Below, piece after piece: positions 8,456 through 18,041 of a stretch of DNA of 64,000 bases (its first letter is position 1; every line of letters begins with the position of its first letter). Below the pieces are notes generated by a model, which was not told the DNA's origin, made no database searches, and worked only from the letters and a program-made list of their open reading frames with translations. Both the position numbers and the translations under genes were made by a program. The stretch spans positions 1,658,302 to 1,722,301 of the forward strand of contig OY730414.1 of assembly GCA_963422615.1 (NCBI GenBank), read 5' to 3'. The stretch is from Longimicrobiales bacterium (GTDB taxonomy: Bacteria; Gemmatimonadota; Gemmatimonadetes; Longimicrobiales; Gaopeijiaceae).

Positions 8456-11400
8456 GTGACTCCGGCGGGCGTCAGGATTCAGCGGACGGTCGAAGGGGTT
8501 CGGAGACACGTATCCCGGGGGCTGGCTTCCCTTGTGGCAGTGTGGTGCGGGACCGTCGTGTTGACGCTCCTGGTTTTCGCTCCGTTCATTGCCGGGAGCG
8601 GCGGTTGGCAGGCGGGAAGCGCCGGTCCCCTGGTCATGGTCATCCTGATCCTCGCCCTGGCCGGGGTCGGCGTTTGGATTTGGGTTCGCCTGGGTAGGCG
8701 CTGGTGCGGGGAGCGCCGAATCACGCGTTCCATGGAAGCCGTCTCGGCGCTGGGCGAAGGGGCGGTCCTGGGCACGCTTGAACTCTCCCGATCGGCGCCG
8801 ACGGGAACCTCCCCCGGGCTCGTCCGGGTCGCCCTGCAGCGGGTCAGCGACCGACTCCCCGAGGACCCGAAGACCCTCGCAGGCGAACTGGGCGAGAAGA
8901 CCGACCAACTCCTTCGCCGCGGCGGCATCGCCCTGATAGGGGCCGTTGCGACCGGCCTTCTGGTTGCCGTAGTGGCGCCGTCGCGCGCACTGAACGCCTG
9001 GAACGGCCTCCTGCACCCCCTGGCCGTGCTGGCGGAGCCCGTGTTGCCGCCGGTTACCGCCGAACCCGGCACGATGGAGGTTCCCCGTGGCACGGTGGTT
9101 GAGGTTGGGATCCACGCCCCTTTTCGGGACAACGTGACCCTTCGCTGGGACGTTACGGGTCAAGTCGCAGGCTCCCGCACCGTCCCTCTGTCCGGCGGAA
9201 CAGGAACGTCCGCCCTGCCGTCCGTTGATGCCGAGATCCGGTACTGGATCCAAGCCCCGGACGGTGCGACGAGCGCCGTCTATTCCCTTGTGCCGGTGGA
9301 TCCCCTGTTGGTCACCACCTTCACATTGGAGGTGACCTACCCGCCTCACACGGGCCTCCCTTCGGAAACGTACGAGCGGGAGGTGCCCAGGCTGGTGGTT
9401 CCCGCGGGCACCCATCTTCGGATCCGGGGCCAGGGGAGCCGGAACATCGGCAAGGGCGGGCTGGTCGACGGCGAAGGCACGACGGTGCTGGAGCTTGAGA
9501 TTCGGGACACCGACTTCAGCGGAAGCTGGACTCCCGTCCGATCCGGTATCTACACCTGGGGGTTCACCGACGAGATGGATACCCCCGCGTCCGTGTCCCC
9601 CGGACCCCTGGATCTGGAGCTGCTTCCCGACCGACCCCCCGAGGTGGAGATCGTGTACCCGGGGCCCGACACCCTGTTGCCCCTGGACCTTCGCCAGCCT
9701 CTGGTGATTCAGATCCGGGACGACTACGGAATCGAACGCTTGGAGATCGTCGCCTGGCGGGTCAGTGCCTTCGGCGAGGCCGGGGAGCCTGTGGTTCACA
9801 GCATGAGCCTGAGGGGATCGGCCGGTGCCGTCGCGCGTCCGGTGCTGGACGTCTCGGACTGGCGGCTCTTGCCGGGAGACGCGGTTCGTTACCTGGCCCG
9901 GTCTACCGATAACCATCCTTCGCGCCAAGTCGGGGAGACCGAGGAGCACGTCCTTCGGATGCCGGCTGCCAGGGAGTTGGAGCGTGTCGTGCAGGAAGAA
10001 CTGGATCAGGCGGCCGACAGGGTGGAGGCTCTGGCCGACGAGGCCCGCCGTGCCGAAGGGGACGCCCGGGACCTTGAGCGGCGGAGTTCCCAGGATCAAG
10101 GGGCCCAGCGGAACGGGGAGGAAGGGGGATTCCAGATACGGGAAGAGCTGACGCAGGTCATTGAACGCCAGGACGAGATCACCGAGGCCGTGGATTCCCT
10201 TCAGCGAATGCTGGCCGAGCTGCGGGAAGCCCTGGCGGAAGCGGGCGTGGCTGACCCCGAGTTGAGGGACCGGCTCCAGGGCCTGGAGGACCTGGCGGAG
10301 GCGGCCGCCACGGAAGAGAACCGGGACCTTGGGGCCAATCGCCGAGATCCGTTCGAGGGGATGGATCCCCGGGACATTCGTGAGAGGCTGCGCCAAGCCG
10401 TGCGGGAACAGGAGCGGCTTCGCCAACGTCTGGAAGACTCGGTGGAGCAGTTCAAGCAGGCGGCGATCGACCAGAACTTTCGGGCGTCCAGCCGGGAAGC
10501 GGAGGATCTGTCCCACGAGCAGGAAATCCTCGCCCAGGCCCTGTCGGAAAACGGGGACGAGACCCTTCGGGCCGAGCAACAGGCCGCCCTCGAGGAACGG
10601 GCCCGGGAGCTCCAGGCCCAGTTGCAGAGTCTCCAGCAACAGCTTCAGGAAGCCGGCGAACGGCAAGCAAGCGCAGCGGTCGGACAGGCGAAGCACGAGC
10701 TGGGTCAGGCCCGCCAGCAGATGCAGGCGGTGCAGGGCGGACAGGAGAGCGCCGCCCGAGCCCAGCAGGCTGCGGGGGATCTGTCCAGCGTATCCGATCA
10801 GCTGAACCAAGCCCGGATGCAGATGCAGGAACAGATGTTTCAGGTACTTCAAGACGCGCTGGACCGGACCGCTGCGGGGGCCCTGGCGCTGGCTCGCCGC
10901 CAGTCGGAGCTACGGCAGGAAATGCAGGGTGCGGACGCCACGGCACTGGGGGAACTTCGGGCGGACGAGGCGGCCGTCGCCCGGGGGATTCGCAACTTGG
11001 TTGAGAACTACGCCGTCGAAACCGAGATGGCCGCCCCGGGGGGAAGAGACCTCCTCGCCGCCGCGGGACAGGCGATGGAACAGCTGGAAAACATGATTGA
11101 GGCCATGGGAACCCGCCGCGGGCGAGGTCGCTCCCCCATGGCCGGGGCCGAGACCGTCGTGAGGGCGTTGAACGAGGTGGCGCGCCTCGCCATTACGTCT
11201 GGACAACAGGGGGAGGCCCAGGGGGCTACGTCGGCCTCCCAACAGATGATGCAGCAGATCCAGGAGCTGAGTCAGCAGCAGGGTGAAATCATGCAGGATG
11301 CGTCTTCCCTGTCCACCATGCAGCTGGGCGAAGAGACGCTGGCCCAGCAGACCGAGAAGGTGGCGGAACGACAGGAGGACGTTGCCCAGACACTGGACCA

Positions 11401-11797
11401 GCTGTCCGAGGAGCGGGGCCCGGAAGACGACCCGCTGGGAGACCTTTCGGCTTTCGCAGAGGAAGCGCGCCAGCTCGCCGGGGCGCTGGCGGGAGGACGG
11501 CTGGATCCAGAGGTGCTCCGACGCCAGGAGCGGCTCTTCCATCGGCTATTGGACGCAGGACGCACCCTGGAGCGGGACGAGGAGTCGGAGGAACGGGAGT
11601 CGGAGAGGCCCGGTTCCTTCACGAAGGAGGGTGCTGTCCCCTTGGGTGCCAACGAGCTGGACGCCCTTCGCTTCCGGCTGCCGGGCGCCGCGGCCCTCCG
11701 CTCCCTGTCCCCGGCTCAGCGCGCCCTGGTGATCCACTACTTCGAGCGCCTGAACCGAAGGAGCTCAACCGGTTCCGACGGCGGAACGTCTCGGTGA
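8456..11797 (+). CDS. DUF4175-like large membrane protein with beta-sandwich region and long Gln/Glu-rich coiled coil
   Basis: N-terminal TMs, YPPHTGL, D.PP.V.I..P, DDYGI motifs, long Q/E-rich helical tail ending RQERL..RLLDA...YFERL. Start uncertain (8405 or 8456). Confidence 0.75.
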   Translation: MTPAGVRIQRTVEGVRRHVSRGLASLVAVWCGTVVLTLLVFAPFIAGSGGWQAGSAGPLVMVILILALAGVGVWIWVRLGRRWCGERRITRSMEAVSALGEGAVLGTLELSRSAPTGTSPGLVRVALQRVSDRLPEDPKTLAGELGEKTDQLLRRGGIALIGAVATGLLVAVVAPSRALNAWNGLLHPLAVLAEPVLPPVTAEPGTMEVPRGTVVEVGIHAPFRDNVTLRWDVTGQVAGSRTVPLSGGTGTSALPSVDAEIRYWIQAPDGATSAVYSLVPVDPLLVTTFTLEVTYPPHTGLPSETYEREVPRLVVPAGTHLRIRGQGSRNIGKGGLVDGEGTTVLELEIRDTDFSGSWTPVRSGIYTWGFTDEMDTPASVSPGPLDLELLPDRPPEVEIVYPGPDTLLPLDLRQPLVIQIRDDYGIERLEIVAWRVSAFGEAGEPVVHSMSLRGSAGAVARPVLDVSDWRLLPGDAVRYLARSTDNHPSRQVGETEEHVLRMPAARELERVVQEELDQAADRVEALADEARRAEGDARDLERRSSQDQGAQRNGEEGGFQIREELTQVIERQDEITEAVDSLQRMLAELREALAEAGVADPELRDRLQGLEDLAEAAATEENRDLGANRRDPFEGMDPRDIRERLRQAVREQERLRQRLEDSVEQFKQAAIDQNFRASSREAEDLSHEQEILAQALSENGDETLRAEQQAALEERARELQAQLQSLQQQLQEAGERQASAAVGQAKHELGQARQQMQAVQGGQESAARAQQAAGDLSSVSDQLNQARMQMQEQMFQVLQDALDRTAAGALALARRQSELRQEMQGADATALGELRADEAAVARGIRNLVENYAVETEMAAPGGRDLLAAAGQAMEQLENMIEAMGTRRGRGRSPMAGAETVVRALNEVARLAITSGQQGEAQGATSASQQMMQQIQELSQQQGEIMQDASSLSTMQLGEETLAQQTEKVAERQEDVAQTLDQLSEERGPEDDPLGDLSAFAEEARQLAGALAGGRLDPEVLRRQERLFHRLLDAGRTLERDEESEERESERPGSFTKEGAVPLGANELDALRFRLPGAAALRSLSPAQRALVIHYFERLNRRSSTGSDGGTSR

Positions 11798-13689
11798 CCC
11801 GCCGGCTGGGGTCCCACCTGTGGGCCGCTGTTCTCCTGGTCCCTGGTTGCTTGGGGCTATTTTGCGCTACGGCTCACGGGGTGCAGGCGGCGCCCTCCGG
11901 GGCTCGGATCGAGGCCCGGATGTTGCGGGAGGCTTCCACCCAAGAGGTTCGGGGCGACCTTGAAGGCGCAGAGGCGACGCTGCGGGCGCTGCTGGAACGC
12001 CGGCCCGGTTCGTCGGCCGCCATTTTCGCTTTGGAGCGATTGTTCAGGCATGGCGAACGTATTTCCGCTCTCTTGCCGGTTCTCGATGCCTCCTTGGCAA
12101 GGGAGCCGTCGTTCCCCGCCGCTTGGTCCCTGAAGTTGCGCGTGCTTGCGGAGATTGACTCAACCTCTGCTTTGGAGGGCACGGTTCGAGGCTGGATCGG
12201 CGCGTCCCCCAGATCCGTGGACCCGTACCGGGAGGGTGCGCGGATCTACTCCTCTGCCTTTGGATTCGACAGGGCGGGCGCCCTGATCAGGGAGGGTTTG
12301 GCCCTCCTGGGGGAGCCGCCGGAGCTGCTGGTCGATCTGGGAGAGGTTCACGTGGCCGCCGGACGCACCAAGGAGGGCGCCGAAGTTTGGGCTCGGGTGT
12401 TGGGCAGCGATCGGGCTCGGGCTGAGGACGTGTTCCGACGCATCGGGGAGCTGGAGACCGATCGCAGCGCCGTGGTGACCCGGATCTTGGCGGTCTTGGG
12501 GGAGGAGCCGACCTTCGTGTCCCGTCTGGAGGTCGGTTCCGAGCTGGCGCTTCGGGAGGGTAGGGTGGAAGACGCAAAGACGCTGGTGCGGCTGGCCATG
12601 GCGGACCTCCGGGGTGGGGAAGCCCAAGGATTCCTGAAAGGTTTTGCCCGCAGAGCGGAGGACTTGCAGGTATTCGAGGCGGCCGTTTGGGCCCACGGCC
12701 GAAGTCGGGACCTGGCGAACAGCCCCGAAGAAGCCCGGTTGGCCGACGAAAGACTGGCTGCGGCCGCGCTATCCGGTGCCGATACCGTGGCCACGCTCGC
12801 CGCCCTGCGGCGGATCAGCGAGCATCATCCCTTGGGCTCCCGGGAACGGGAGGCATCCAGGGTCCGAGCGCTTCGGCTCCTGATTGCGACGGTGGAACCG
12901 GAGAACGCGATGCAGGACTTGGCGAGCTTCCGGGATGAGTTCCCGGGCTCTTCCCAGGGGGACGACCTCTCCTCCGCCCTGGCATCCCGATTGCTCGGGC
13001 AAGGGATGCGGGAGGCGGCGCTGGAGGTACTGGACGGGATCGAGGGCCCGGCCGCCACCTTGGAGAGAGCATTTCTTCTGTTGGAGAGCGGGGCGTTGGG
13101 GGAGGGCATCCAGGCGCTTCAGGAATCGGTTCCGGAGCTGGAGCCGTCGGACGCAACCGAGATCCTGGATCTGGCCCTCGCCCTGGGTCGCCTGACCGCC
13201 CAGGGGGCCCGGGTGGCCGTCCGGGCCGCGGTTGCGAATCACAGAGGGGACCGGGAAGGGGGTGTTCGGGCGGTGCTGGAGGGGGTCGATGCGATTCCAG
13301 AGGCAGACCGAGCCCCGGTGCTGGCCCTGGGAGCCCGCATCGCGGAGGGAGTGGAACTCCAGAATCTCCAGGACGTGGCCACGAATCTGCGGCGCCGGAT
13401 CGTTGCGGACCACCCGGATTCGCGGGAGTTCCCCGAGGCGGCGCTGAGGCTTGCTCGCGTCGTCGCCGCCCATCCGGGCGGGGTGGAAGAAGCCGTCCGG
13501 ATCCTCGAGGGCCTGATCGTGGCTCATCCGGCCAGCCCCGTCGTTCCGGATGCCCGTCGGGAGCTTGCGCGCATCCGGGAAGGACGGTCAGACAAAGGAG
13601 CCGCTCTTGCGCGTGGCGGCCCGCGCCTTCATTTCCGAGATGTCGCTCCTGCTGTCCGGGGTCCAGTTGCTGGCCCATGTGATCGGTAG
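11794..13689 (+). CDS. Tetratricopeptide-repeat protein, probably exported
   Basis: Signal-like N-terminus, repeated Ala/Leu helical pairs and C-terminal HPDS...A / HPAS..V..AR motifs typical of BamD/CpoB-like TPR proteins. Confidence 0.75.
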   Translation: MTRRLGSHLWAAVLLVPGCLGLFCATAHGVQAAPSGARIEARMLREASTQEVRGDLEGAEATLRALLERRPGSSAAIFALERLFRHGERISALLPVLDASLAREPSFPAAWSLKLRVLAEIDSTSALEGTVRGWIGASPRSVDPYREGARIYSSAFGFDRAGALIREGLALLGEPPELLVDLGEVHVAAGRTKEGAEVWARVLGSDRARAEDVFRRIGELETDRSAVVTRILAVLGEEPTFVSRLEVGSELALREGRVEDAKTLVRLAMADLRGGEAQGFLKGFARRAEDLQVFEAAVWAHGRSRDLANSPEEARLADERLAAAALSGADTVATLAALRRISEHHPLGSREREASRVRALRLLIATVEPENAMQDLASFRDEFPGSSQGDDLSSALASRLLGQGMREAALEVLDGIEGPAATLERAFLLLESGALGEGIQALQESVPELEPSDATEILDLALALGRLTAQGARVAVRAAVANHRGDREGGVRAVLEGVDAIPEADRAPVLALGARIAEGVELQNLQDVATNLRRRIVADHPDSREFPEAALRLARVVAAHPGGVEEAVRILEGLIVAHPASPVVPDARRELARIREGRSDKGAALARGGPRLHFRDVAPAVRGPVAGPCDR

Positions 13690-13729
13690 GGAGGGTTTGT
13701 CGGACCGTGCACAGGATTGATCCCGGACG

Positions 13730-15007
13730 ATGTCGTTTTCATTCTCCCGTGTTCTTCTGAAGAACGCGATTCCGTTTCTGTGGTTTACCCTCCCCGGTTC
13801 GTCGGACGCGGAGGCCCAGCTCCTTCTCGTCCCCATGGACCGCACGCAGGCCAACCACCTCAAGGCATACGGTCTGGCCTACTCGGTTCTGGAGCACGGC
13901 GGACGGGCCGAATGGCTTCTCAACTTTCGCGGCGGTTCGTTCCTGCTTCCCGATACGGAGGAGACTCGCCGCCGCGGGGCGTTGGCGGGCGTTACGCTTC
14001 AGGCGACCGAAGCCCCCGAAGAAGCCCGGATTCGGGGTACGGTCGCCACGTCCAACATGGAGGTCGTCGTCCTCGAGAAAGCCCCCCGGATCGCCATCTA
14101 CACCCCTCCCAACAGCGCTCCGTGGGACGACGCCGTCACCATGGCGCTGGAGTACGCCGAGATCCCCTACGACGAAATATGGGACCCCGACGTGCTGCGG
14201 GGGGACCTGGGCGAATACGAGTGGCTTCACCTGCACCACGAAGACTTCACGGGTCAGTATTCCAAGTTCTACATCACCTATGCGGGTGCGCCTTGGCTTG
14301 AGGAGGAAGTGGCCCGCAATGAGGAAGCGGCCCAAACCCTGGGGTACCCCGACGTGCCCGCGCTCAAGAAGGCCGTGAGCCGCAGAATCCGAGAGTACGT
14401 GGAAGCCGGTGGCTTTCTCTTTGCCATGTGTTCCGCTCCCGAAACGCTGGAGTTGGCGTTGGCGGCGGGTCCCGTCGATATCGCGGCCGCCTACTCCGAC
14501 GGGACGCCCCCCGACCCCGACGCCACGAGCAAGGCCGACTGGGACCGGGCCATGGCCTTCCAGGGAGCCGAGATTCAGATTTCTCCCTCGGTCAACGCGT
14601 TCTCGAACATCGACGGCCACCAAGTCAACACGCCGTGGCGCAGGGAGTTGGGCGCGTTCACGTTGTTCGGGTTTTCGGCCAAGTTCGATCCGGTTCCTGC
14701 CATGCTGACCCAGAGCCACGAAGCCGTCTTGCCGGACTTTTTCGGCCTGACCACGTCTTTTTCTGCAGACCGCCTCAAGCCCGGAGTGGTGCAGCTCGCC
14801 AGTGACGGGTCCAGGGCCAAGTACATCCACGGTCGGGCAGGCGAAGGGACGTGGACCTACTACGGCGGACATGATCCAGAGGACCCGGAGCATCAGATCG
14901 GAGACGCTCCGACGGATCTGGCACTCTACCCCAACTCTCCCGGGTACCGCCTGATCCTGAACAACGTGCTCTTTCCCGCCGCGAAGAAGAAGAAGCTAAA
15001 GACGTGA
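13730..15007 (+). CDS. Conserved exported FCB-group protein (family often labelled asparagine synthetase B; GATase-like fold)
   Basis: LVPMD..Q.NHLKAYG, WLLNFRGGSF, PWDDAVT.ALEYAEIPY, WLHLHHEDFTGQY.KFY, GGFLFAMCSA, YGGHDPED, SPGYRLILNNVLFPAAKKKKLKT. Confidence 0.75.
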   Translation: MSFSFSRVLLKNAIPFLWFTLPGSSDAEAQLLLVPMDRTQANHLKAYGLAYSVLEHGGRAEWLLNFRGGSFLLPDTEETRRRGALAGVTLQATEAPEEARIRGTVATSNMEVVVLEKAPRIAIYTPPNSAPWDDAVTMALEYAEIPYDEIWDPDVLRGDLGEYEWLHLHHEDFTGQYSKFYITYAGAPWLEEEVARNEEAAQTLGYPDVPALKKAVSRRIREYVEAGGFLFAMCSAPETLELALAAGPVDIAAAYSDGTPPDPDATSKADWDRAMAFQGAEIQISPSVNAFSNIDGHQVNTPWRRELGAFTLFGFSAKFDPVPAMLTQSHEAVLPDFFGLTTSFSADRLKPGVVQLASDGSRAKYIHGRAGEGTWTYYGGHDPEDPEHQIGDAPTDLALYPNSPGYRLILNNVLFPAAKKKKLKT

Positions 15008-17607
15008 TGGCGCTCCCCCTCCGGCTCGCGCCGGAGGCCGCCCGGGTGATCCGCGAAGAAGTGGCCCGGGCCGGGGGCAGAGAGGTTTCCTTTCTCGCCG
15101 AAGTCACCCGGGATCGGGTGATCGCTGCGCCCAGGGCGGTCGCGCGGGGTAACCGGGCCGCCGTTCTCGCCGTGGCCCGGGACGCGCCGGAAGGCGGGTT
15201 GATGCTCCACAACCACCCGTCGGGACTTCTGGAGCCCTCGGACGCCGACTTGACCGTTGCCGCCCGCCTTCACGACGAGGGAATCGGAACGGCCATCGTC
15301 AACAACGCCGTCAATCGAATATACGTCGTGGTGGAGCCGCCCGAATCCCGCCAAATTGAGGCGTTGAATGCCGATGAATTGTCCGATCTCCTGGGACCGG
15401 CGGGGCCCCTTTCGACCCTTCCCGGCTACGAAGACCGGATCGGCCAGAGAAGGATGCTGCGCTTCGTGACGGGGCGCTTCAACGAGGGGGGCGTGGGCCT
15501 GGTAGAGGCGGGTACGGGCACGGGTAAGTCCCTTGCCTACTTGGTGCCGGCGGTTCGATGGGCGGTCCGAAACGGGGAACGGGTCGTGGTGTCCACGAAC
15601 ACGATCAACCTTCAGGAGCAGCTCGCGGGCAAGGACCTGGGCTTGACCGAGAAGGTTCTGGGCGAGCGCCTGAAGTGGGCCCTGGTGAAGGGAAGGGGAA
15701 ACTATGTTTCGATTCGCCGGGCCCAATTGGCGGCTGAATCGGCCCGGGATCTTTTCGCTGACGACAGATCCGGTGAACTGGCCGCGATCCTCGATTGGCT
15801 GGAGCGCACCCAGGACGGCTCCCGAAGCGACCTTTCCTTCACGCCGGCTGGGGAAGTGTGGGACGAGGTAAAGAGTGAGACGGATGCCTGCCTTCGGACT
15901 CGGTGTCCTCTCTTCCAGGAGTGCCATTACCAGCGCTCCCGCAGGGACGCCGCAGGCGCAGATCTCCTGGTCGTCAACCACGCCCTGTTTTTTTCCGATT
16001 TGGCCGTTCGCATCGCCACCGAGAACTTCCGAGACGGGGCCGTCCTGCCTCCCTACCGGCGGGTCATCTTCGACGAAGCCCACCACCTGGAGGACGCAGC
16101 CACGGCCCGCCTGGGCACCGAGATCACGAGAGCCGGGTTGTTCCGGGCGCTGTCCCGGCTGGATCGGAGGGGCAAGGGCATCCTGAGTTCCCTTGAGGCA
16201 ACGCTGAAGACCACAGGTGGCTCCCTGGCCTCCCCGCTGCTCCTGAAGCGGATTCGCGACCGCACCCGCCGAAGGGTAGAGAAACTCCGGAACGACTTGC
16301 GTTCCTTCTTCGACCTCATCGAACCCTGGACGGAGGCCCACGCCGCATCCGGCAGTGTTCGGTTGGGCGGTCCTCCGGGGGGACTAGAGCCGACCTCGGT
16401 GTCCGGAATCCGTGAATCTCTCGACCGTACGCTCATCGCGCTGGGTGACCTCGGGCGGGAGCTTACGTCGCTCTACGCACGAATCAACGCTCAGGGCGAA
16501 TCGGGGGTGGCCCTGGAGGGCCGCCTCCTGGACCTCCGGGCTTCGAAAACCCGACTGGAGAGCGGGGAGCGCGCGCTGCGCCTCTGTCTTCTTCCCGGCA
16601 AGGAGGATTCGGAGCGGGTGCGGTGGCTTGAAGTGCGTCGCTCCGGCAGGCCAGGTTTCGGAAACCTCGTCATGGCGACGGCCACCGTGGACCTGGGACC
16701 CCTCTTGGCCGAGTCTCTTTTCGGAAACACCAAGACCGTGGTGCTGACCTCGGCGACCCTGGCCACGAAGGGCGACTTCAGCTACTTGAAGGGGCGGCTG
16801 GGCCTGGACGGCGCTTCTCCTCCCGCGGTGGATGGGGACGGAGGAAGGGGTCGTCCGACCCCCGTTTCCGGGACACCCGAGGAGGTTCCAGGCGACCTTC
16901 CGAACGAGCCACCCGATGTAGCCCAAGTGGTCGTCCAGTCCCCCTTCGACTTTGAATCCCGGAGCCGCCTGGTGGTTCCTACGGACCTGCCCGGTCCCGG
17001 CGGGGAGCGGAAGATCATGGAAGCCTACCACCGGGCGACTGCAAACGTGATCTACGAGGTCGCGGCCGCTTCGGGCGGCGGTCTCTTCGCCTTGTTCACC
17101 TCCTTTGCTGCCCTCCGAGCGGCAGCTTCGGCGTTGCGGGCAAGGGGAGCCGAGGGGCGGTGGCCCCTCTTCGTGCAAGGGGAGGGCGGCCGCTCCCGCT
17201 TTCTCCGGGAGTTCATTGCGTCGGGGGCGGGCGTGCTCTTGGGCACCGCGTCCTTTTGGGAGGGCGTGGACGTACCCGGGGAGCCGTTGCGAGCCCTGGT
17301 CATCCAGAAACTTCCCTTCCGGGTTCCGACGGAGCCCATTACGGAAGCTCGGGTGGAGGCGATGGAAAGACGGGGACAGAACCCGTTCTTGGAGTTCATG
17401 GTCCCGGAAGCGGCCATTCGCCTGAAGCAGGGAATCGGGCGGCTCATTCGGTCGAGAACCGATCGAGGCGTGGTCGTACTCCTGGACGACCGGATCTTGA
17501 AGAAGCGATACGGTCGAATCCTTCGGAAAGCGCTTCCACCCATGCCCCTCATCAGAGGACCGTGGGCAGAAGCCAAACGACATGTGACCCGCTTCTACGA
17601 AGCGTAG
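15007..17607 (+). CDS. dinG: DinG/YoaA-family ATP-dependent helicase with N-terminal JAB (RadC-like) domain
   Basis: Walker A EAGTGTGKS, VVSTNTINLQEQL, DEAHH, LTSATL, FWEGVDVPG, KLPF..P, QGIGRLIRS..DRG. N-terminal HNHPSG.LEPSDAD. Confidence 0.9.
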   Translation: MALPLRLAPEAARVIREEVARAGGREVSFLAEVTRDRVIAAPRAVARGNRAAVLAVARDAPEGGLMLHNHPSGLLEPSDADLTVAARLHDEGIGTAIVNNAVNRIYVVVEPPESRQIEALNADELSDLLGPAGPLSTLPGYEDRIGQRRMLRFVTGRFNEGGVGLVEAGTGTGKSLAYLVPAVRWAVRNGERVVVSTNTINLQEQLAGKDLGLTEKVLGERLKWALVKGRGNYVSIRRAQLAAESARDLFADDRSGELAAILDWLERTQDGSRSDLSFTPAGEVWDEVKSETDACLRTRCPLFQECHYQRSRRDAAGADLLVVNHALFFSDLAVRIATENFRDGAVLPPYRRVIFDEAHHLEDAATARLGTEITRAGLFRALSRLDRRGKGILSSLEATLKTTGGSLASPLLLKRIRDRTRRRVEKLRNDLRSFFDLIEPWTEAHAASGSVRLGGPPGGLEPTSVSGIRESLDRTLIALGDLGRELTSLYARINAQGESGVALEGRLLDLRASKTRLESGERALRLCLLPGKEDSERVRWLEVRRSGRPGFGNLVMATATVDLGPLLAESLFGNTKTVVLTSATLATKGDFSYLKGRLGLDGASPPAVDGDGGRGRPTPVSGTPEEVPGDLPNEPPDVAQVVVQSPFDFESRSRLVVPTDLPGPGGERKIMEAYHRATANVIYEVAAASGGGLFALFTSFAALRAAASALRARGAEGRWPLFVQGEGGRSRFLREFIASGAGVLLGTASFWEGVDVPGEPLRALVIQKLPFRVPTEPITEARVEAMERRGQNPFLEFMVPEAAIRLKQGIGRLIRSRTDRGVVVLLDDRILKKRYGRILRKALPPMPLIRGPWAEAKRHVTRFYEA

Positions 17608-17842
17608 GGCCCCGGAACGCACCTCCCAAACGGGGCCCACGCCCTCCCGCGCCGGTTTTCTATTTCTTGTAACGGAGGGCTTCGAGCCAATAGATTCCCC
17701 AAGCGTCCGGCCCAGGTTCCAAGGATCGGCGAAATCGAAGCGAGAAGGATCCGCCCCTGCGACGCTTCGGCCAACGCCGCGCGCGCTTGGCTCCGACGCG
17801 GTGCGCCACTCCCCGTACTTTCCCCGAAACCAAGCAGACACC

Positions 17843-18040
17843 ATGAAGAAGGCTCTCGGTCTCCTTTCCGGATTCGCGCTCCTCGTCCTGGCTGCGGTTG
17901 CATTTCGAACCGCTTCCCAGGGGTGGGCAGGGGATCACACCGATGTCGGCTTTTGGTGGACTGTCATTGCGAGCCTTCTCGCCATTGCCGGGATCGGGGC
18001 GCTGGCTGGAACGTTCATCCACTCCCGGCGGCCCGGCTGA
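17843..18040 (+). CDS. Small two-TM membrane protein
   Basis: 65 aa, MKKALGLLSGFALLVLAAVAF...GFWWTVIASLLAIAGIGALAGTFIH. Fills the gap and abuts the next gene. Confidence 0.65.
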   Translation: MKKALGLLSGFALLVLAAVAFRTASQGWAGDHTDVGFWWTVIASLLAIAGIGALAGTFIHSRRPG

Positions 18041-18041
18041 A

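Noticed and set aside
7502..10852. 1116-aa minus-strand ORF and similar long antisense ORFs (20142-22643, 27005-29689, 52996-55245, 55800-57665, 57687-59549)
   Set aside because: They lie opposite well-supported genes, have no recognisable motifs and are expected shadows in high-GC DNA.
13730..15007. True asparagine synthetase (asnB)
   Set aside because: It has a signal peptide, no N-terminal nucleophile Cys and no SGGLDS motif.
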